Positions 27,741-41,499 of a DNA stretch of 64,000 bases are shown in pieces (position 1 is the stretch's first letter; every line of letters starts with the position of its first letter). A program made the position numbers and the translations under genes. This stretch comes from Trichoplax adhaerens. Taxonomy: Eukaryota > Animalia > Placozoa. The notes beneath the pieces were generated by a model. The model ran no database searches and was not told the DNA's origin. It worked only from the letters and a program-made list of their open reading frames with translations. The DNA lies in the NCBI RefSeq assembly GCF_000150275.1, contig NW_002060948.1, forward strand, positions 2,927,183 through 2,991,182, written 5' to 3'.

Positions 27741-28284
27741 AGTGATATATACCGATCACAAAATTCCAAATTTTAGAAAAAAATAAGGGCTTTATTGAAT
27801 CTTATAAAAAGATTAACTACACACAGCTCTATTCTAGTTGAATAATACTACTAAAGACTTCTAGAACGAACTAACTGAAGTTGCATGCTATTATGCTTTT
27901 CGTAGCATTCGCAGCTACAATCCGCATGGCAACCTTTTACCTTATTTTACACATAGTTAAATTATCCTTAGTAACACCATTCTATTGCGGACCATCATTA
28001 ATTCGATATGGATATAACTACAGTATTTACGTAGACATTATTCACACCAGCCAAATTACAATGAATTAACCATATCCTAATATATGACTTATAGTTCTAT
28101 TTTTACCTATAACCTTATTAGTAACTCAACACCTTACTGTATATAGTTATCTGTACTCTAGCATAGAGTCTATACCACTACAGTCTATAGTTATGGCTAC
28201 CAAATATCTCTTAGGATAAATATCTACCGTATATTATACTAAACATGGCTAACAGTCTACATCACATTACTAAGTTATATTACA
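27741..28284 (-). mobile_element. Solo LTR family E
   Basis: Closely similar to 38358-38907 over its whole length. Confidence 0.88.
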
Positions 28285-29281
28285 CAATCTTACAATATAG
28301 GGCTGTATAAAAATAATTAATGAAAATTTCACACCGTACCAGGCTGAAACCTATATATTATAACACGTTTACGCTATGTTGCTAATACATGAGTTTATAG
28401 ATACATCACTACCTATTTTGTTGGTATTAGGGCATATGATTTTGATTCTATAAATGTACGGTACATGTTAGCATTACAATCTGTAATGTGTTAGCTATAG
28501 CCTCTCTAATTTAGAAATCCTATTGTTATCAGCCTTTGATGATGTGACTATTGTTTTATAATTTGTGTGAGAAGCATGAATGATATTTAAAGTTAATGTA
28601 TAAAATAATACGGTGGGTTCGGCAACTTATCGCTCACAAGTAAGAAGTCAGTCAGTCTATATTGTATCTGCCGTAGGATTTTAATAAAAAACTTGTAGCT
28701 GTCTCGGAGTACCTTACTAATCGTGATATGTTTTTCAAGATCGAAGATTATCGAATTAAATCAACCCGAATATTTATCGCCAAATTCTATCGTAAAATTC
28801 TATACTTATTGGTGACATAAAGTAGTAACAATTTTCCAACCATGAAATAGTAAAGTCATTAGTCTAGTCTGATAATTTTGAAGATTACATGAACGTTTTG
28901 GCCTACACCTTAGATGCGTTTAATTATAAAACATAATTAGCTTAGGGACTAGTATAGAAATGAAATATAAGGATTTGTCAAAAGAATGTTTACAAACATA
29001 ACTACCTAGAAATGAAAGTAATTTTAGACTATTTAGAATTTAATTTAATGCAAATTCAATTTTGCTTTTAGCAAGTACGGTCAAAGTATAATACCGAAAT
29101 ATGATTCCGTAGCAAACGATCAGAAATGAATTCAAGGTATTTTAATTTTTGTAGTTTTTAATATATCACTATGAGACTTATAGTTAAGAATATTAGATGG
29201 ATCCGCATTAGAATCGGTTGCTTAGAATGTATTATCAACCTAACAAAAAATCTTTATAGTATCCACTAACGATAAGCAAAT

Positions 29282-30265
29282 TTATTTTAACTTTCGGCAA
29301 TAATCAATGGATTTTATATAAGCTGTAAGAAAAAGAGTAAAATTAAAGGTGCATGACGAAAGGGATGCTTATATTCAAAAACTTTTATATTAAAGTAAGC
29401 AAAAATGTCGATAGCGTATATAGGGAGTACGGCCAAAAGATTAGTACAACTCATAGCAATGGCAATGGATAATACTTTTCTTTCAAAACGTCGACTTCTA
29501 ACTATTGCTGCTTACGAAGATTCTGTTTCTTATCGAACGTAATTTATATAATATTGCGATATAGAAAACCATTACTAAATTGTACAGTACAATATTAAGC
29601 CGAAAATTGATATGAAAAGTAGCATAAATCTGGCTGACGAATGCTCGAAATAATCAACAATGCATGAATTACGATAATCGTAAGACACCAAATATGGTTT
29701 TAACTTTGTCATAAAAGCAATAACTTCACTTGAAATAGTGATCAGAGTACCAGTAATCCATAACAATGCTATGGATCCTATAGTGATCTTGGTTGATATA
29801 GGTAGAGGTATATAATATGAAAAAAATGTTCGTATAAATCGGCTACCAGTAATAATTACTGTTACATAAGTCGACATGAAGAGCGAAAATATATATAGAA
29901 ATCTGCCGATGTAACAGAATGGATCATTTATTCAGAGTTCGTAGATCACACTCGAATTTAGGAAAACACGTGGATGCAGTAGAGTTATTATTGAGATAAA
30001 TCGATATCATAAGTAGCTACTGCTATAATTAGTAAATATAATGATCCTAAAATATCTGATAAAGATAAATTTAGAATAAGGAAATGAAGCTTTCGATGTT
30101 TCGACGTGCAATTTTGACGATACTAAATTGCCGTTACAGAAGAAATAGCGCTTGACTTTAGAATATGAATAACTTTAATTAGGACGATAGTATTTGCAAT
30201 AATACCAAATGACCAAGTGACCATAATAGCTATATACTGTAATCGTTATATAGTAAAGATATCAT
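29282..30265 (-). pseudogene. Cluster GPCR pseudogene (24805 subfamily)
   Basis: MISLLYNDYSI* start; INDPFCYIGRFLYIFS; GSRF; YRNSC; TNLLAVLP; C-terminal CRKL; multiple stops and frameshifts. Confidence 0.9.
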
Positions 30266-31599
30266 GCTGGATTAGGAGCTCATTAATCTTACCAATTAAA
30301 CTTTTATTATAAATTAAATCACTCTAAATTAAAATTATGGCCAAAACTATCTCTATGAGAGCCTGCATTCAGTTCAATTTGATTGTATATGATAGTAAGT
30401 ATTCAAAATGCTGCCTATTTTAGACGATTGGAAATTTCTATTAAAGAAAAAGAATTATTGAGGCAATTAGACCAATAGAACGTTAAGGTTTCATATCTAT
30501 CATAAATTAAATGTTAGATACTGTATGTTAAAAGCAACCAAAACTATTAACAATCAAAACAAATTTGAAAGAATACAGTGGGTATTGATTCTGACATCAG
30601 TAACGAAATTAACGTTTTAACATCCTTTCTAAATTTCAATTTATTTTTACATAGACTGAATCATTAAGTATTAGCATTTATCGAATGCAGTCGAAAGCTT
30701 CGAATCTGGATTCGACGTCACTTTGAGGACAATCACTCTGTTAGAACTGTACTTGAAATACCAAAAAGATGAAGCTAAACAAAATCTTAGAATACCGTAA
30801 CAAAACCCTTTTCATTTCAACAAATATTATTTGGGCGGCTAACGTAAATATATATTCTAGTCAACGATCAAAGGAAAAAGAAGATAAATAAAATAAAACT
30901 ATCAATTAATAGTAAGTAGCTACTTAATTACTTCGTTTGTTTGGCTACAATGAAAGCAACAAAATAATTTTTAATTCCTTTAATTGGAAAAGAATATGTT
31001 AATGATGCCAATTTCTTTATGAAAAACGATCATGCTGTTCGCCAAAGTCTCGACTTTAATATTAAGTCAATTTTTTTGGCACCGTAGATTGAAAAATGAG
31101 TGATAAAAACTTCTACATTAATAAACCAAATATAAAACTGGTTGGCAATTTTCTGCACTAATTTTTTTGTCTATTTATTCTGATTACTCCTATCTAGAAT
31201 CGTGACATTTAAAGAAAATACCAAATACTGATTGGAAATGGAGTCAATATTAAATCACTGTTACAGTGTTATATACTGTATTACAGTAGAAATATCAATG
31301 TTAGGATAATTCTATTAGACTATCCTTATTTAGTTAACTTCTAATTTGGATATACTGTATTTTAATATAGCACTGACTTTTATGACAGTGACACTTATAC
31401 ACATACTGAAATTAATAGTTATAATATGGAATGCAAATCATCTGCTTACAGTTCGAATCATTGTGATTGTAATTTACTTATAGTAGACTGCAAATTATCA
31501 TGGAAATGTTCCGTGATAGGACATATCGTAATCTGACTATTCTGTATTAGTCATTATATGTCTATGTTCGTAAATACTGTTGTCTGCATTAAGGGAGCA

Positions 31600-31888
31600 G
31601 TAGCTAAAATTAATATCTAATTCAGTAAATGATTCTAATGTTAATTGTATTAACTATGACTCATGAACTATTGAGGAATAGTATATAAATGCAGTATATT
31701 GTGAAATAAAGAAGGATTGTCCAACTTAGTGTTTAACGTAAAATACGAGGCGTTTAAGTCTTTGTGTAGTCTGCTAGTAGAGCAAAAGTGTTTATGATAG
31801 TGCAGATATCGTTCCTTGATACGTGGTTCAAGGAATTGACTTATTGATCGTATATTGCGTTATCTTGTTGCAAAGCTGTTTTGTGACA
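31600..31888 (+). mobile_element. Diverged A-related LTR fragment
   Basis: TATGACTCAT, GTATATAAAT, GAAATAAA and TTAACGTA motifs in the same order as family A; ends TTTTGTGACA. Confidence 0.5.
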
Positions 31889-32104
31889 ATCACAAATTAT
31901 TTTTATGATAAAAATTATTAGATAATTCGGTATATATTCTTTACAACATACTTAGAAGTAAAATATTGAAGTGGAAAACAGAAATATAATTGAATAGATA
32001 CCATAGTTAGTAGAGATCGAAAGAAATTCATACCTGAAATATCGAAGTAATCTTCCAATCCTTTGTATCAACAATAAAAATTTTATTAGTATTAGCAGTG
32101 AAAG

Positions 32105-32849
32105 TCAATTTAACTTTCGATAACAAATCATCGATTTACTGTAGCCCGTTATTAAAGAGATCATTGGATTGATACAACAGTTAACTTGAAAGAAAAGAAT
32201 CAAAGTGACGACGAGACTACGAAGATGTGGATTATCGCTCAATAAATCTAGTGTTAAAGTAAGCAATGATGCCCATAGCATATGTCGGCAGCATGGCCAA
32301 AAGATTCGTGAAACTGATGGTAATGGCTACTAATAAGACTTTTCTTTATAGCGCCGATTATTATAACTTTTTCGAGTCATTAAAATTCTGTTTCTAATAG
32401 AACGTAATTTATATAATATCGAAATATAAAAACTCGTTGACAAAATATACATAATTCCAGCAAGAAAGTATAATGATAATAAGAGAAGTTTGGCGGACCT
32501 ATCCGTTAAGTGGTTGATAATACACAGATTATGGTAGTTATAAGTTTTGCGGTACTGTTTTTTTTTGTAGTATATGCAATTACATTACTTGCCACAGTAA
32601 ATCCTATGCTAGCAATCCAAGCTAGCGCTATAACTTTTGCGATAGTCTTGGTTGACATAGGCCAATTAGAAGAAAATAGATAAAATGTACGTATAAATCG
32701 ACCTCCAGCGATTATTACGGTGATAGAAGTTGACATGATGGACGAAAGTAGGAATAGAAATCTTCCAATATAGCAAAATGGGTTAGTTATCCAAATTTCA
32801 TAGATCATACTTGAGTTCAAAGAAATTTAGGATCATGGAAGTGTAAGAT
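32105..32849 (-). pseudogene. Cluster GPCR pseudogene (24805 subfamily); 5' end lost at N gap
   Basis: NSSMIYEIWITNPFCYIGRF; GGRF in place of DRF; frameshift at an A9 run (32558-32566) before YNYHNLC; second frameshift near 32340; TNLLAMLP; QVNCCINP. Confidence 0.9.
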
Positions 32850-33161
32850 NNNNNNNNNNNNNNNNNNNNNNNNNNNNNNNNNNNNNNNNNNNNNNNNNNA
32901 TACCTAAAGAATTTCAGGCATTTTGCAAAATGCCGGATTTCGCAAATTGCCGGTAACACATATAATAAAAAGATCCTCTCTATACGTTCGATATTTACTC
33001 CTACTTGGTAAATATTCCTTGATGCGCAGTTTCAACTCCTAATATAAACTACTTCAACAAAGATCAATAAGCCTTTCTAAATTATACTGCAGATTGAGAT
33101 CTTAATCATTACTAGTGTACAGAATGGGTTAGTGGGATATAGATTGTTATCTAATCCATAG

Positions 33162-33370
33162 ATTACTACAAGAATCTAATCTAAAATCTAAAGTATTCCG
33201 AGCTCAAAGCGAAGTGAAGTCTCTTCTCTCTATGTGAGCTCATCTCTGTAGTTTTTAAATACATTTCACTAAATCCATTTATGACAGCTTAATTAGTCTA
33301 CAATCAGACATGAGCCATCACAAAGAATATTTCTTAAATAGAACATCATTATCTTCAACAATTTGAATCA
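33162..33370 (+). repeat. Interspersed repeat, empty-site homolog of 16105-16870
   Basis: Aligns across the LTR A insertion point and has a single ATCT. Confidence 0.8.
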
Positions 33371-33414
33371 TTTTATCAAATAAATTCCGATATAATAGCA
33401 TTTAAATTAATAAT

Positions 33415-34414
33415 TTAAACATGATTTGCTTTGAGTTAGCAGAAAAATGTACTTGGATTAATTGCGCAATTAATTATAAAGCAAGAATAAGCGGTGGAGA
33501 TACTGTTCGGAATATTTTACTATCGTAAACAATTTCATAGTTAGAAATAATCGCTACCACCAGCGAAAAGCTGGAAGTCACGTTAGAAAGTTGGTACAAC
33601 CAATTATAATTGCTGTAAAAATTGCCTTTCCTTCTACTTCATTCTTAATGGTAGGCGATCGTAATAAAGAGTAATTTTTTCTCATAGTCCGTAAACTACA
33701 CATTACATAAGCGTAGAAATATATTCAAGTAGGATAGATAATTAAGCCTCCTACCGGTACCAGCCATAAAAGTGCTTGAACATGATGATATAAATATTGT
33801 AATATTAATAATTTTTGATAAAAGGTGAAGGTGTGGTTGAGTAAGAGAACGTAGTACCGATGCTAGCTAATATTAGACTAATGATCTAAGTTACCACAAA
33901 AATGATTATAGAATGCTTCTAAGTTACGAGAAATTTTATAGAATAAGGATATTTTACCTGTAAAAATTGATCTGCAGCAATCATGAAGCCAACAGACGTT
34001 GATTCATTAATTGTAGCAATCATCAGATATCTTGCCACATGGAAAAATGGATTATGTAACCGACTAATTTATATCAATGTTGAATTAGTAGTCGAACTGA
34101 CAGAAGATGATACTATGTCTACAAAACGATAACGTGTATCACCTGCAGTAATGATGATCATGTAATATGATTGTAATAAATCTTTAGCAGCCAAATTTAT
34201 TATCAATATTGTGAACATTTTACTACGTATACGGTATATTATCCTTGCTAGATTATGTGGAAGAACTTTATGTAACATAGAGTTAGACTCTTAAATGCTC
34301 GATAATCCAGATATAAGAACTAGAATATTGCTTGTAATTATCGCTCTAATCGGACCAATACTGTAATCCAAACAAGATATGAGCTGAATAGGTTATTAAC
34401 TGTATCGATGCTAA
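33415..34414 (-). pseudogene. Degenerate cluster GPCR pseudogene
   Basis: ORF 34069..34278 has MFTILIINLAAKDLLQSYYMIIITAGDTRYRF; AADQF at the DRY position; TM7 NCAINP near 33455; ATG lost. Confidence 0.85.
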
Positions 34415-36985
34415 AAACGTAGGTTAATATTATGTTGTATATATTTGCGATCGTATAATTTACGATAGCTGAAATAAGACAGCAATTATTGTTATATAAT
34501 AATATTTAAAGGATACTCTTGATAGTTATTATTGAATGGTAGAATTTTTCGTGAGGCGTAACCGGAAAAATTTAACTGCATCAATTATTTAAGAAAACGA
34601 AAAAGCCATAATTGATATGTTATTCGTTACCTAAATATATGAGCCATCAATAATTTTTTAGGAATATAGATAAATCAGCACAATAATAACAATATATCTT
34701 TAGCTGCCGATAGTAACCTCGCATGAAAAGTTTCTCAAAATAATATGTTCAATCAAATACTACAATAATTTTAAAGTGCGTTATCTATAAATATCTGTAC
34801 TACTTATTATTACAGAAATGATGCCTTTTTAGTCATTTAAATAAACCTTTAAATTTAATGTGAGAAAATAGGAGTATAAAACATACATACTGTTTAGCAG
34901 TAGCTGTTATTATGTCTTATACTTATGTACTTTAGCTCTAAATGTCTCGCAGGTTTACAATTTTAACGGATCACTTATTTATCTGATCTTATGCAAATAA
35001 TTACATCTTAATTTTGTAGTTATGAATAATTTAAAATGAAAATCATTCGATCTCCAAGTAATATTTTAGCTTAAATATTTGGTGCAGGGAAATAAAAAGT
35101 ACACGGTTACAGTAAGGCAGTACGCTATAACTGTGTATGAAAAAATACGATAATATTATGCTCTCATAATTAGAAAATAGACTTTAATTATAGTAATAAA
35201 TAAAATTATACCCTCTATAGTAGATATTGTATTAGCAAAAGTATATTTTGATAACTATGTTTATATATACTAAATTAATTGTATTTGCAAACATTTTGTT
35301 CTAATATTGTAAAGTTATAAAAATAAAAACTAGTACAGTAAAGCACTTATAAGCTACCATGATAAAATGATCTTTATGGTACTGAATCGCCGTGTCTTCT
35401 TTTTAATAAAATGATATTTGCTCGTGAATTTAGCTATCTGTTATCTTTGTTAAACCACTTGTTAAAAATCATATAAAAATAATGAATCGGAAATAATTTA
35501 TAACTGAATAACAAGATAATGAATAAATTTTCCAAACATAACAGTTAGTATATTATCTTATACTATCGAAAAGACTACGGTACATAGCATAAGTGATTAA
35601 AGATAGCAAAAGTCGGTAGAAAGGTATAGTTAGCTCCTATCGCAGTTTCAATTTATTGATTGATGCTTCTATTAATAGCTTAATATTGGCTTAACATACA
35701 TCATAAAACAAGAATTAGCGCCAAATACGTTCAATATTAATCGTGTAGGTCTTAATTTCACAAATTATATTACAAATGTAATACCTTATATTCCGACGGA
35801 TCAGGCAAATAATACGCCAGGTTATACGCATAGCAATATTTGGATCAATTTTTAGCAATGCTAGTATATCGTGCAATACTCTGCTCACCGGAAATTTATT
35901 ACCGTCCATCATTCACCCTCAATAATAAGTAATATGAAATATTATAGACATTTCTTCAAATACTGAATGATTACATTTTAGAAAAATGTACCTGCCCCCG
36001 ATACGTAGTAGTCACATACGGTATAGTATAAGGAATGATAACGATTTTAAATATCAATATTATTCCGGGATGATCAATAATATTATTACAAGAGTCGAAT
36101 AATTTTGATATACAAGTGGATGAATAGTTATCGAAAGATCCTTCAATTTCAGCATCTCAAGCTCTGTCGAACTTAATATACCTCTTAGTGACGTCAAAAC
36201 ACGTACAATTTAGGGGATAGCAATCGTACGTCAACTTTAATGAAGCTCTAAAATTTAGAATCCTATTCCAGCTACAACCTACTTTACGTGTTTTATTAAG
36301 TTTGTAGCTGCTAAATTATCGTTAAACTTCTATCAAAATTTATGAAATAATAATTAAGGAACTATCCATAAATACGTACAAGTCACAATTCTATTATTAA
36401 CATAATAGGTTTTAGTAGTCATTGTCACGAAAATAGTCTTCGTGATATGCACTTTATTTCTATGTTACTTTTTATATATGTTTGAATCTCAGAAATGTTT
36501 AGTGGTTCACAGTCGATATGTTGGTAATCCTTAATTTAGGATTGGATTGACTAAGACAGTAATACCAGTCACTTAAACTGGATTGTATTTACCACCTCTA
36601 TTGTTGTTAAGGTTCAACGTATGATTTCTAAGTATAGAAGAAATATCTTAGTAGGGTGGTCTAATATGTGTTTGTTAAACTATTATTTGCATAGATTAAT
36701 TTATTACTGATACAGTAAATTTGATAGGGTTAGACTGCACTTAGCCTTTACAGATAGAGGCTCGTTAGAGTATTAATTTGATTAATGCTAATGGAAGAGG
36801 TGGCTTGTGTAGTTAAACCGGTTCCAGTTCCTGAAACTTATATAACGGCGGCTTCGACGATAATAAATTAGATTATAATTTTCTGATTATTTTGAAAATC
36901 TCGTTGTGTTAAATTCTGTCTGCCTAATAAAACCAATTTACTGGTATTGAAAATACTCTCTCGACCCTTGTTGCAAGTTAAGGCT

Positions 36986-37561
36986 TATGATATATACTCG
37001 ATCACGAATATTCCAAGTTGTAGAAAATTAGAACTTTAATAGATCTAATACAAAGACTAGCTACACACAGCTCTACTCTAGCTGAATACAACTACTGAAA
37101 GACTTCTAGAAAGAACAATCAGATAATCTAAAGTCTCCGGCTTTTATACTCTCCTTAGCCTTCGCAGCTACAATCGGTATAGCAGCATTCTACTATAATT
37201 TACACGTAGTCAAATTATTAATAGTAACAATATTTTATAGCGGATCATCATTAATCTGATACGGCAACAACTACAGTATTTCCGTGGATATTATTCTTAG
37301 CAGTCAAAGTATGGTAAACTAAGCATATCCTAATACATGTATATGAATTGCAGTTCTATTTTTACCTCTAGCCTTAATAGTAACTCAACACCTTACTATA
37401 TATACGGTATAGTCATCTGTACTATAGCATAGAATCTACCATTACAGTCCACAGCAGCGAGCTACCACATACGTCGTTAGATAAATATAAAAAGTTGCAC
37501 TTCCGTACATCTTATTAAACATAGCTAAAAGTCTACAACCACAATACTAAGTTTCGTTAGA
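36986..37561 (-). mobile_element. Solo LTR family E, diverged
   Basis: Aligns with 38358-38907; TSD AGGCT/GGGCT. Confidence 0.85.
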
Positions 37562-38357
37562 GGGCTATTCTAAGCTCGTAACTGCCACAAATCCGCTAAT
37601 ATTCGACGTAGTCAATCTATTATGACCGTAATTTGATTGGTTATATTTTATCAAGTAATGAATAATCAGGATACAAATGCAATTATAGAGTAAATCATGA
37701 ACTTAATAAAAAAATTCATTATTAGTTAAAGTTCATGTGTTCTAATGCTTAAAAATTTAACACTATTCAAATGGAATTGGATTTCAATCCGAATTCCAAA
37801 TGAATCTTAAATCTAACATCAGTTACGACATTCTTGAAGCAGTTAATTCATTTAGATAACTGATACTAAATATTCAAAATGATTAACTCGGATGAACGAT
37901 ATTCATTTATTTAAAATTTCGAGCGCTATTACTCATTTGTCTAATTATATAATAATACTAATTATATCATCAATTATTATGGCATTAGTACAGTATTGCA
38001 ATTTTATAGAAATATACTAATGCTTCCCGAGTACAAACTTGGTTTGCTACCGCATCTGTTTGGGAAATAATATTCAATAAATGTACCAAATTTAGAAAAA
38101 TGTTCCATTTCGGTCAATTGGCTTCACATTAGATAAATTATGTCCAGATAGCACCGGAATTCCTTATTAAACTAATATGTATCGTACCTGCTAATGATGT
38201 GGTATTCAAACATTTATACGAGCAATTAAAAAGAATATATTTAATCTTATTTAGTCATAGATAACTACCAAATATGGTCTTGCTAACGTAGGATACGTCT
38301 TCTAGTTTAAAAATAAATATCATGGAAATGCATCTAAAAAAACTAGTATTATGTTCT

Positions 38358-38907
38358 TGTGATATATATCAATCACGAAATTCCAAATTTTAGAAAAATA
38401 AGGGCTTTATTGAATCTTATACAAAGATTAACTACACAGCTCTACTCTAGCCGAATACTACTTCTAAAGACTTCTAGAACGAACTAACAGAATAATCTAA
38501 AGTTGCATGCTTTTATACTTTCCGTAGCATTCGCAGCTACAATCCGCATGGCAACCTTTTACCTTATTTTACACATAGTTAAATTATTCTTAGTAAGACT
38601 ATTCTACTGCGGACCATCATTAATCCAATATGGATACGACTACAGTACTTACGTAGACATTATTCACACCAGCCAAAGTACAATGAATTAACCATATCCT
38701 AATATCTGATTTACAGTTCTATTTTTACCTACAGCCATATTAGTAACTCAACAGCTTACTGTATATAGTCATCTGTACTCTAGCATAGAGTCTCTATCAC
38801 TACAGTCTATAGTTACAGCTACCAAATATCTCTTAGGATAAATATCTACCGTACATTATACTACACATGGCTAACAGTCTACAATCACAATACTAAGTTA
38901 CATTACA
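38358..38907 (-). mobile_element. Solo LTR family E (550 bp)
   Basis: TGTGAT...ATTACA ends; perfect 5-bp TSD GTTCT; minus-strand GTATAAAAGC (~38510) and AATAAA (~38406). Confidence 0.92.
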
Positions 38908-39062
38908 GTTCTAATAGCTTCGTTTCCGATATATTATACTAAGCCATCTGTTAAAACGATTTATTTAGTCTGCTTAAGTTCTACGTTGTGAATTTGCTGC
39001 ATTTTGTTCAAGAATTCAATGATCAAATTTAAGTCTTCTATCTACCTCTATCTTGTATAGCA

Positions 39063-40090
39063 TCACTTTGTTTTTGCTGAGATCGTAGAAATTAGAAAAA
39101 TTATAGGATTAATAGCGCAGTTAAGCTGCAAGCCTAAACTTAGAATGGGGAGTATAACATCTAAAGCTATGTTCATTCGAGCTTCCATCATTATTGAATG
39201 ATCTATAACAATCATAAATATTACAGCGAGACAAGGAAACCAAAATATAGCATTTGTACATGTAATTATGGCTGCCGTATAGCGTACTTTTTTGCCAGCT
39301 TGTTTATTAATTTTTTTCAATTTTGTCTTTAACCTGATCCCTCTGGAATATTTAATTTTATAAAATATTAAAATGTAGCTACCAATAACTACTATATAAT
39401 TAATTGAACCACCAGTTATTAGTGCTAGAAGCATCAGTTTGACGCTGATGTAACTCATATTATCGGCTGTGCATAAATTATGATAATGATGAACAACAGC
39501 AATCTGTGATGGAAACGTTATGTAAGGCACAATGTTACCAACTGTACCTATAGCCGCACTAATTATCCATACAATCATTAACGCTGGAATCAGGCGTTTA
39601 GATGTAAAATACAAAGTAGAAAGATGCGGATAGACAATACTGAAAAGCCGATCTAAAGCCATTATATTCGTGATCATGCCCGTTGCTGAAACTGCAGTAA
39701 ATGTCAAAAATCTTGCAATATAGCAGAAAGGACTGCGTTGCCAAGTTACAAAAATTTCGCTTGAGTTTAATACAATTGTAAAGTTACCATTATTGTAAGA
39801 GATTTCATTAGCTTTAAATCGATATCGTAAATCAGCAACTGCAATGATAATCAAATAGCATGAACCCAAAAAATCCGATATAGCCAAGTTTCGTATTAGT
39901 AAATAAAATTTTTATTACCACGAAATATCAAAGATTTGTGAATATTTATCATTTTAGTGAAAATCTTAGGTGAGCGATTACCTTGTTTGGATGCTCGTAG
40001 AATTACTAATATATTGCAAATTAAGCCAGTTAGTCCACAACTCCACGCCAGACACATAGCTGCAATATTATCACGCAAAATAGATGCCAT
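39063..40090 (-). CDS. LGR-like 7TM GPCR with a single -1 frameshift near 39905-39913 (342 aa if restored): very young pseudogene or sequencing error
   Basis: ORFs 39896..40090 (MASILRDN...TM1) and 39063..39887 (TM2-TM7) join as F-Y-LLIRNLAISD with one added base in AAAAATTTT; no other lesion seen. Confidence 0.8.
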
Positions 40091-41499
40091 TGGCCGCTAC
40101 TAGCAAAAAGGTGATATCGATAATCAGCTTTTATTAGTGCACTTTTAATTTTATAAATAATCAATTTTGTGCAGAATCATGAATGTGTTTGAATTTCGTT
40201 TAATAATCGCTATATAAAAAGAATTATTGCTACAATCAGCAAGGACGAAATTTCAGACGTAATACACATTTATGTAGCATTAAATTTATTGTAAATACAG
40301 TTTGTTATCTACATAATGCCATATAATAATGAAACGATTTCATTATCATTATTCTTAATATTCATATAGTAGCCTTTCAAACAGTTTTATTTTGTTTCAA
40401 AATTAATAACAACCGATTTGACAGAATACATCTAATTCTATTCTTGTATAATTAAATAATTTAATTATAAACACCTCAATATTGAACGATTACTGCGACA
40501 AAATGTATTTCTCATAAATGTAAAAATTTTCTTCCATTAGAAGCATCATGACATTAATCACCATTTAGCAATATATTACATATTCTGTCTCGAAGATATT
40601 CCGTCTATTAGGGCAAACGCAAAAATTGGAGGATTATCTAAGCTTAAAAATATCTTGTAAGATAATAAAGCTTTACGTAATCGAAGCTTTTAAATTTTTC
40701 ATTTTCAATTGGGTAGTAGTTAAGACGTCAAAAATATTATTTAGAAAGCTGTTCCAATACCGTTAGTATTGTAAAGTGTAAATTTTATGATTTTGGATAT
40801 TAAAATGTACTTAAGTAAAAATAGGTCTTAAAATAGGACATTCATGTATTTGGAAGACCCTTATGTATTCACTAATGTACCGACATCTTACTGATACTAA
40901 ATTCAGTAAAACTATTATTAGAGAATTATGATATTATGATTATGATAACATGTTTAATGTTATAGTCGCCGAAGGTTGTTCTAGACAAGAGTTTTAGAAA
41001 AATTGGGATAACGTAGGAAAATCCGTTCACATATTTAACTAGGGTGATGAACACTAAATTAAGAGATAGAGATAGCAATAATAACATGTTTACGCATAGA
41101 CATTTTCTACGTAACCAAAGTTTTCTTTTAAAATAAAGATAAGTATTGCTCACGACTTTAGATCAAAACTTGACTTTATGTTTAAAGTTAACTTGTGCTT
41201 TTCTTGTTCCATCTACTAAGTTATGATAAATACTAATTTCACTTTGCTGAAAAAATTTAATTTAAGCTGTTATAAGCAAGAAACATTAAAAAGTGAAAAT
41301 TGTACTTATTGATATGGAACGAGATGGTTATTATTATGTTAAAGTATCTGCATTATGCCATAATTATCAAGATGATCAAGCATAAAAACTAAATATACTA
41401 GTTAGCAACTCATTGCCTCTGTGCTTTTAGTCCAAGCTGTACCATTTTGATAATGATATGTCATTAAGAATTAATAACCGGTAATTTACATTGTCGCTA

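Noticed and set aside
36423-36985. LTR-like segment (TGTCACG hairpin, TATATAA, AATAAA) left of the E LTR
   Set aside because: Orientation signals conflict, the TSD is only 3/5, and there is no second copy in the window; boundaries cannot be supported.
27881-38691. Two similar 62-aa ORFs (27881..28069 and 38503..38691) that look like a small gene family
   Set aside because: Both lie inside family E LTR copies and start at TTG; the frame is broken in the 36986 copy.
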